DNA from: Candidatus Limnocylindrales bacterium
GTDB lineage: Bacteria > Chloroflexota > Limnocylindria > Limnocylindrales > CSP1-4
Reading direction: 5' to 3'
Assembly: GCA_044449785.1 (NCBI GenBank)
Contig: JBIOII010000001.1
Span: forward strand, 11,231-75,230
DNA: 64,000 nt
The position numbers and the translations under genes were made by a program. This document shows positions 58,483 through 64,000 of this stretch, in pieces. The notes below the pieces were generated by a model. That model worked only from the letters and a program-made list of their open reading frames with translations. It searched no databases and was not told the DNA's origin. Numbering within the stretch: the first letter of the stretch is position 1; each line of letters opens with the position of its first letter.

Positions 58483-58977
58483 TCAGCATAGTGGTGGCCG
58501 AGGGCAGTCGCGAAGGTCCGGAACGGACGGCGCGACCGGTGAGTCGCAACGGCACGGGCGGCCCTTCGAGTCAGCTGCTCCGAGGCGGGGCGACCGTCTC
58601 GCGCTCCACGAGGCGTGGCATGACGACAGCATGGACGGGTTCGCCCGGCCCGACCTCGAGGCGATGGGCCAGCAGCGCGAAACCGGCGCGGGCCGCGAGG
58701 TAGCCGACGCGATGGGCGTGTAGAACCGGTTGGCGTCGCGGTCGTCTGCGCGATGTGTCTTGAAGATGACGGCGATGCGGAGCGGCCTTCCGAGCCTCGC
58801 CTGGACCGCCTGGAACGGCCGGTACGCCTCGACTTCGATCGCCGTGGTGAAGCGCTTCCGGAGTTCCCACGGAACCCGAGGATCGGCGCCCAACACCAGC
58901 GCAACGTCGCGAGTCGATACGCCGACCGCGGCTGCTATGGCGGCCATTGTCGGTGGACTGCTCGAACCCAATCTCAC
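58483..58977 (-). pseudogene. LacI-family HTH regulator remnant (HTH intact, ligand-binding domain absent or frameshifted)
   Basis: MAAIAAAVGVSTRDVALVLGADPRVPWELRKRFTTAIEVEAYRP matches the LacI/PurR N-terminal HTH. The following 100 aa are R/S/P/A-rich with no periplasmic-binding-fold signal, and there is no room before pncB for the regulatory domain of about 270 aa. Confidence 0.35.
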
Positions 58978-59113
58978 CTCTTTCCCGGCCGGTTGCTGCC
59001 CGCGTCGCTCGGTCGCTATCCGGCGTCTGCTCGGGATGGACCGTCTAGTTCAGGGTTCGTACCATCAACAAATGGCCCTATCGGGGTTCGGGCTCGCGAA
59101 TCTGCGGATAGTC

Positions 59114-60553
59114 TTACGCGTCGGAGGCGGCCTTGTCGACGAATCCAACCACGAACTCGACGAAGCGGTAGACGTCGGCAAAGGTGCTCACGATCCCGAG
59201 CGAGACGCGAACGGCGCCGGTGCTCTTGTCGTCGATGCATCGCCTGAACTCGTCGAGCGCCAGACGGTCGCGGGCCCCGACGAAGCACGACGTGAGCTCC
59301 TGGGCCGAGAGACCGAGCGCAAGCTCCCCGCCGCCGGGGTTGCAGAAACAGCCCGTCCGCAGCGAGATCCGCGCCGCGTTGGCCCGGGCTTCGACCACGC
59401 GGTGATCGACGAAGTGGCCGTTGACGTCGTAGATGTTGAGCGAGATTGTGCCGCCCCGATCGACGCCGTCGAGTGGCCCGTAGACTCGGACCACCGGCAA
59501 ACCGTTGTCATGGCGGAGAGCCGCCAGCGCCCCGACAAGCCACTCAGCGAGGGCCTGGACACGGGTGTGAATCAAGTCGAGGCCGACTCGATCGATATGC
59601 CGCAGCCCGATCTCTACGGCGGGCAGCGACAGATAATCCAGCGTGCCGTCCTCGAACGCCTCCGCCCCATCCTGGAGGTAGTAGCGGTCGCCCTGCACCG
59701 ACGCCACGGTAATCGTGCCGCCTGCGAACCACGGCCGGTGGAGCTTCCGCAGGGCGGTCTTTCGGGCGATGAGCGCACCGACGCCGGTCGGGTAGCCGAA
59801 GATCTTGTAGAACGAGATCGGCACGAAGTCGGGATGCCAGCGGCTCAGGTCCAACCGGTTCGTCGGCACGAATGCCGCGGCATCCAGCAGCACGTCCCAG
59901 CCCTTTGCCTGCGCTCGCTCGATCCAGCGGAGCGAGTGACGGACACCGGAGAAATTGGACTGGGCCGGGTAGGCGAGCAGGTCGCAAGAACCCGTTCCGG
60001 TCTCTTCCAGGTAGCCGGCCAGGCGGTTGTCGTCGATGCGCATATCCGGCGGGATTACCGGCGCGTACGTCACTTTGGCGCCCTTGGCGCGAGCGAACTC
60101 GCGTATCCCGTTGACCGAGTTGTGGTTGTCGAAGGTCAGCAGATAGTGGCCGGCAGGGGAGAAGGGATAAGCCTCGCCCACGAGCCGGAGCGCACCGCTC
60201 GCGTTCTGGGTGAAGCAGACCTCGTACTCGTCCGGCGAAGCATTGAAGAACTCGAGCACGTACGCCCTGGCGCGCTCGACCCAGTGGGTCATCGCGAGAG
60301 AGGCGGGATTCGTGGAATGCGGGTTGCCGAAGACGCTGCCCAGGAGCAGCTCGGTGTGCGCCCGAACCTGCGAATTGGCGTATAGCCCGCCGGCGGTGTA
60401 GTCGAGGAAGACCTGTCCGTCGCGGTCCAGGCGCGAGTATTCGGTCGAACGCAAGTCATCCAGAGGGCGCGTAGAAGCGAATTCTGGATGAGACAGCTCG
60501 AAGCCGGCTTCCGCGTCGGCCGGAGTGGCGGAGCGACTGGAGTGGAGTGCCAA
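59114..60553 (-). CDS. class-V aminotransferase-fold PLP-dependent enzyme (molybdenum-cofactor-sulfurase/NifS-like cysteine desulfurase family)
   Basis: LDYTAGGLYA, FGNPHS, FTQNASGALRLVGE, DNHNSVNGIREFA, and a PLP Lys region (SFYKIFGYPTGVGALIARK). 479 aa. Confidence 0.75.
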   Translation of the reverse strand: MALHSSRSATPADAEAGFELSHPEFASTRPLDDLRSTEYSRLDRDGQVFLDYTAGGLYANSQVRAHTELLLGSVFGNPHSTNPASLAMTHWVERARAYVLEFFNASPDEYEVCFTQNASGALRLVGEAYPFSPAGHYLLTFDNHNSVNGIREFARAKGAKVTYAPVIPPDMRIDDNRLAGYLEETGTGSCDLLAYPAQSNFSGVRHSLRWIERAQAKGWDVLLDAAAFVPTNRLDLSRWHPDFVPISFYKIFGYPTGVGALIARKTALRKLHRPWFAGGTITVASVQGDRYYLQDGAEAFEDGTLDYLSLPAVEIGLRHIDRVGLDLIHTRVQALAEWLVGALAALRHDNGLPVVRVYGPLDGVDRGGTISLNIYDVNGHFVDHRVVEARANAARISLRTGCFCNPGGGELALGLSAQELTSCFVGARDRLALDEFRRCIDDKSTGAVRVSLGIVSTFADVYRFVEFVVGFVDKAASDA

Positions 60554-60923
60554 TGCGGTCCTCGCGAGTGTTTTCGAGACTGAGCTTGGCGCCCGGGGCG
60601 GCCATCGTCAACCGGGTCCTTCCATCGGCGCTGACGCCTGACGAATGGGACCTGCCGGCGCCGCCCCCGGCCATCATCGACGGCGGGCGAGTGGTCCTGC
60701 GCCGCGTCGGCAAGGACGAGCGGACACGGTTTCGCCAGATCCTCGCGGAGCCGGAAGTGGCTCGGTGGTGGGCTCCGCGCGGGACCGGCGACGCGGTCGA
60801 TGGCCTGTTCGAGGGCGACGAGGTGGCATACGCCTCACGGCGCCGTATCCTGGTCCAGACAGATGGCGGCCTGCCTGGACACGACGGCACGGCTTCCGGC
60901 GACCCAGCAGAGTGGAGCGATAG
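60547..60923 (+). pseudogene. possible GNAT acetyltransferase N-terminal fragment (RimJ/RimL-like), cut off by the pfkA start
   Basis: GGRVVLRRVGKDERTRFRQILAEPEVARWW resembles the RimL-type GNAT N-terminus. The frame runs into pfkA without acetyl-CoA motifs A and B. Confidence 0.25.
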
Positions 60924-62048
60924 ATGGCCTCTGCCAAGCGTATCGGCGTCCTCACGGCCGGCGGCGACAGCCCCGGACTCAACGCCGCGATTCGAGGCAT
61001 CGGGAAGGCGGCCATAGACCAATACGGCATGGAGGTCATCGGCTTCCGCGACGGTTTCCGCGGTCTCGTCGAGGACCGGTTCGTACCGCTCGATACCAGG
61101 CTCTCCGGCATCCTCACGGTCGGCGGCACGATCCTGGGAACCAGCCGCGACAAACCCCACAAGATGCTCGTCGACGGCCAGGTCGTGGACATGACCGGCG
61201 CCGTGGTCCGGACCTACGAGAGGCACCGCCTCGACGCGCTGGTGTGTCTGGGCGGAGATGGCACCGCGAAGAACGCACTCCGTCTCGTCCAGGCCGGGCT
61301 CAACATCATCACCCTGCCCAAGACGATCGACAACGACCTCGTGCTCACCGACGCGACCTTCGGGTTCGCCACTGCCCTCGATGTCGCCACCGAGGCGATC
61401 GACCGTTTGCACAGCACCGCCCACAGCCACCACCGGATCATCGTCGTCGAGCTAATGGGCAACAAGGCGGGCTGGCTGACGCTTGGCGCGGGCATCGCAG
61501 GCGGCGCCGACGTCATCCTCATCCCGGAGATCCCGTACAACGTGCGGTCCATCGCCGATGCGATCGGGCGGCGGGTCGAGCGTGGGTCCAACTTCAGCAT
61601 CGTTGCCGTGGCCGAAGGCGCCATGGAGATCGATGCCGCTGCGGCCTTTCGAGATGCAGACTCGCGGAAACGTTCGGCTTCGATCCCGGAAGATCGGGAG
61701 GCGGCGGTGGCCGACCTTGCCGCCGTCCAGGCGGCTCACGTCGGAAACACGCTCCGGCTGGCCGGCCAGCTGGAGGCTCTGACCGGGCTCGAATCCCGCG
61801 TCACAATCCTCGGCTACGTGCAGCGTGGTGGAACGCCGTCGGCCGCCGACCGACTGCTCGCGACTCGCCTGGGCAGCGCCGGCGCCGACCTAATCAACGA
61901 GGGCGTGTTCGGCGTGATGGTCGCGGCCCGGGGCGACGGGACGGAGCCGGTGCCGCTCGACCAGGTCGCCGGCAGGCGCAAGCCGGTACCGCCGGACCAC
62001 CCGTGGGTTCAGGCGGCCCGGCACGTCGAAACCTGCCTGGGTGACTGA
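60924..62048 (+). CDS. pfkA: 6-phosphofructokinase (PFK-A family)
   Basis: [34 protein letters not shown] and [10 protein letters not shown]. 374 aa. Confidence 0.9.
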   Translation: MASAKRIGVLTAGGDSPGLNAAIRGIGKAAIDQYGMEVIGFRDGFRGLVEDRFVPLDTRLSGILTVGGTILGTSRDKPHKMLVDGQVVDMTGAVVRTYERHRLDALVCLGGDGTAKNALRLVQAGLNIITLPKTIDNDLVLTDATFGFATALDVATEAIDRLHSTAHSHHRIIVVELMGNKAGWLTLGAGIAGGADVILIPEIPYNVRSIADAIGRRVERGSNFSIVAVAEGAMEIDAAAAFRDADSRKRSASIPEDREAAVADLAAVQAAHVGNTLRLAGQLEALTGLESRVTILGYVQRGGTPSAADRLLATRLGSAGADLINEGVFGVMVAARGDGTEPVPLDQVAGRRKPVPPDHPWVQAARHVETCLGD

Positions 62049-62057
62049 TCGCCAAAA

Positions 62058-62073
62058 GGGCCGTGTCCGGCCC
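62058..62073. terminator. bidirectional hairpin between convergent pfkA and the minus-strand hypothetical gene
   Basis: AAAAGGGCCG-tgtc-CGGCCC 6-bp stem immediately after the pfkA stop and preceded by an A-run; on the minus strand this A-run becomes a U-tract following the hairpin. Confidence 0.45.
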
Positions 62074-62114
62074 GACTGCGGATGGGCGGTCCGACGGGCG
62101 CCGAGGATGCGGGC

Positions 62115-62435
62115 TTACTTCAGGTTGCGATGCCAGCGCAGTGGCCTGGAGTGCTCTCTCGAGATAACGCCCTTCGCCTCGAGATCGAGCTGGACCGCCT
62201 TGGACCACCAGCCGGCGTTCTCGCCGCCCGGAAATAGCGATTCGGGGAGCAACTGCAGGACAGCCTCGCGCAGCTCCCCCTGGGTCAGCCCGGGGATCTT
62301 CTTCGGAAGGGCCTTTAGCATGGCGTCGCGCATCGCGTAGTACATGCCGGCGTCGACCCGCGTCGTTGACCCGGGGTGGTTCACGTTCTGGATCGGGACC
62401 CGTCCCAACACCGAGTCGGTGCCGTGCTCTTTCAT
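62115..62435 (-). CDS. hypothetical protein (conserved-looking, soluble)
   Basis: 106-aa ORF with balanced, coding-like composition (MKEHGTDSVLGRVPIQNVNHPGSTTRVDAGMYYAMRDAMLKALPKK...). No motif recognised. Convergent with pfkA, with a hairpin between them. Confidence 0.5.
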   Translation of the reverse strand: MKEHGTDSVLGRVPIQNVNHPGSTTRVDAGMYYAMRDAMLKALPKKIPGLTQGELREAVLQLLPESLFPGGENAGWWSKAVQLDLEAKGVISREHSRPLRWHRNLK

Positions 62436-62570
62436 TCAGAATCCTCCGGCGGTCGTTGCTGCGGTGCCAACCTTACGGCATTCGTGGAATCGTCGAGTCG
62501 GCTCGGCGCTGCGCCGCAGGCGTCGTGGCGCCCCCGGCACGGACGTCGACCCGGTGTGCTAGAGCAGCAG

Positions 62571-62612
62571 CGTGAGGCGGCGCAGCGTCCCCCGAATGCG
62601 CGCCGCCTCACG
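62571..62612 (-). terminator. long inverted repeat downstream of the minus-strand methyltransferase-membrane gene
   Basis: CGTGAGGCGGCGC...(14-nt loop)...GCGCGCCGCCTCACG, an approximately 13-bp stem 30 nt past the gene's stop (62645). Confidence 0.5.
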
Positions 62613-62644
62613 CTCGAGCGGTGCCGGCGTCTGGTAACGGCCGG

Positions 62645-64000
62645 TCAGAGCCAGCGCGCGAGCAGCACCGCGAGCGAGACCGCGAAGAGCGCGAACCACA
62701 AAACTGAGAGCGCTCCTTCCGGTGCGGCGATGAGGGAGCGCGCGTCGATGGGCTCCACTGACCCGTCCGAGTAAACGATCTCGCCGCTCACATTCACGGC
62801 GCGACGCCGGACGGAGCGCGCACGGGTGGAGAGCCGCCGCTGCGCCAGGCTCAGCAGCGCGGCCGCGAGTGCCGCAAGAATGGTCGGAACCGGGTGAGCG
62901 CCCGTCGCGTACGCGGTCGCCACGACGGGGAAGGCTCCCCATCCCACGGCGAAGCCGACGTCCGAGTGTACGAGAGGCGCTTCGAACGCATAGAGCACCA
63001 CGATCGACGCGCCGCCGATCACAAGGAGCAGGAAGAGCGGGCCGACGATGGTTGCCCCGGCGAGGCCGATGGCGACCGCGGCGAGGAGCGCCATCGTGCC
63101 GAGGCCGGCGAGCACCGGGGATGGGATCTGTGTACGCAATGGCCGCCCGTTCAGCTCGTCGAACGCGTGGGCGCCAACCCCGACGGCGAGCCCGAAGGCA
63201 ATGAGCGCACCCGCAACGATCCGCGGATCGGGAGCCGGCGCAAGGGCCGCGCCGAGCAGGACATATGAGAGATGCCAAACCGTGTAAGGGGGATGGAGGA
63301 GCGTCCAGTAGTCGTGCCATCCGCCGCCAGGCGCTGCATAAAACGCCGGCGCGAGTGATGCCGGGGTGGGGGAGGGCGGTGGGTCGACCTTCGTCCCGCT
63401 GATAACCACGCCGCCCCCAAGACTCATCCGACGCACGCTCACGTCGCCAAGTCCGGCCTCGCGCCAGTACCGCTCGATTGACGAAACCGGATGACGGGCG
63501 TAGAAGCGTTCGATGCTCGGACCCAGGAACACACCCACAGAGGACCATTTCGCCGAGACGATTCGACCCGCGAGCGGCAGTCCGACGCGCGCGTACAGCC
63601 ACCACAGCGGGCGCCACACGCCACCCGGCAGGCCGAACTCGACCATGGCGACTCGACCGCCCGGCTTCACGACCCGAGCGAGTTCCCGCATCGTGGCGGC
63701 GGGATCGTCGACGTAGCGCAGGAGATACGTGAAGGTCAGATGGTCGAACGACGCGTCCGGAAACGGCAACTTCTCCGCCTTCCCTTCGACTATCGTCTCG
63801 AAGACTCCGTCTCGAGTCCGGGCAACCCGCAGCATGTCCACGCTCTGGTCAACCCCCACCACCGCACAGCCGTATCGATCGTGCAGCGCCTGGGCTACCA
63901 TTCCGGTTCCCGTCGCGACGTCCAGCACACGCTCCGTCGGTCGCGCGTCGATGGCGTCGACTAGCGCACGCCGCCATCGCGGATCCTGCCCGAGCGACAG
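62645..64000 (-). CDS. class I SAM-dependent methyltransferase (UbiE/MenG-like) fused to a C-terminal polytopic membrane domain; the 5' end lies beyond the window
   Basis: The reading frame stays open to position 64000 (…WRRALVDAIDARPTERVLDVATGTGM, motif I). MTase post-I and motif II (GCAVVGVDQS...FDHLTFTYLLRYVDD) and RVVKPGGRVAMVEF are present. After about 200 aa come about 6 hydrophobic helices (LSYVLLGAALA, ALIAFGLAVGVGAHAFDE, LAGLGTMALLAAVAIGLAG, LFLLLVIGGASIVVLYAF, VGWGAFPVVATAY, LSVLWFALFAVSLAVLLA). Confidence 0.7.
   Translation of the reverse strand: MSLGQDPRWRRALVDAIDARPTERVLDVATGTGMVAQALHDRYGCAVVGVDQSVDMLRVARTRDGVFETIVEGKAEKLPFPDASFDHLTFTYLLRYVDDPAATMRELARVVKPGGRVAMVEFGLPGGVWRPLWWLYARVGLPLAGRIVSAKWSSVGVFLGPSIERFYARHPVSSIERYWREAGLGDVSVRRMSLGGGVVISGTKVDPPPSPTPASLAPAFYAAPGGGWHDYWTLLHPPYTVWHLSYVLLGAALAPAPDPRIVAGALIAFGLAVGVGAHAFDELNGRPLRTQIPSPVLAGLGTMALLAAVAIGLAGATIVGPLFLLLVIGGASIVVLYAFEAPLVHSDVGFAVGWGAFPVVATAYATGAHPVPTILAALAAALLSLAQRRLSTRARSVRRRAVNVSGEIVYSDGSVEPIDARSLIAAPEGALSVLWFALFAVSLAVLLARWL

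Noticed and set aside
60210-60401. Small + strand ORF (63 aa) with unusually balanced composition inside the PLP-enzyme gene.
   Set aside because: It is entirely antisense to a well-supported conserved CDS and has no motif. It is probably a chance ORF.

Overview
This 64 kb window is a high-GC (about 68-70%) bacterial chromosomal segment of conserved housekeeping genes, almost all on the + strand. I found no rRNA, tRNA, CRISPR array, transposase or integrase. In order the genes are: recG (5' truncated)-rsmD-coaD-hyp-yceD-rpmF-plsX-asp23-nusB-acpP-rnc-smc-ftsY; a minus-strand membrane protein; ffh-hyp-rpsP-KH-rimM-trmD-[ECF sigma/anti-sigma]-rplS-rnhB-yraN; a minus-strand capA-like gene; rpsB-tsf-pyrH-frr-uppS-cdsA-dxr-rseP-ispG-proS-nusA-ylxR-infB-rbfA-nrnA-truB::ribF-rpsO-pnp-asd-udg-rnj-ftsK-rodZ-like-cinA-mpl/murC-yajQ-TPP enzyme; then minus-strand pncB, a LacI-HTH remnant and a class-V PLP enzyme; pfkA; and a methyltransferase-membrane fusion running off the window end. 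Many adjacent genes are translationally coupled by ATGA/GTGA/TAGTG overlaps. The archaeal-type ProRS, RNase J, Asp23-nusB pairing and absence of lepB/rimP suggest a high-GC Terrabacteria lineage (Chloroflexota-like or a related candidate phylum), but this cannot be established without searches. The most unusual feature is pnp: a complete DEDDh (DnaQ/RNase T-like) 3'-5' exonuclease domain of about 165 aa is inserted into the alpha-helical linker of polynucleotide phosphorylase, giving an 862-aa PNPase. Other notable points: truB and ribF form one 621-aa ORF with a degenerate riboflavin-kinase tail; an ECF sigma/anti-sigma pair is inserted between trmD and rplS; the YlxR zinc-ribbon motif lies upstream of any canonical start codon; a class-I SAM methyltransferase is fused to a polytopic membrane domain; and a small patch of gene remnants (LacI-HTH, GNAT N-terminus) surrounds a MOCOS-like PLP enzyme. 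Coordinates follow the supplied ORF track; start codons were refined by reading the sequence, and GTG/TTG starts are frequent.
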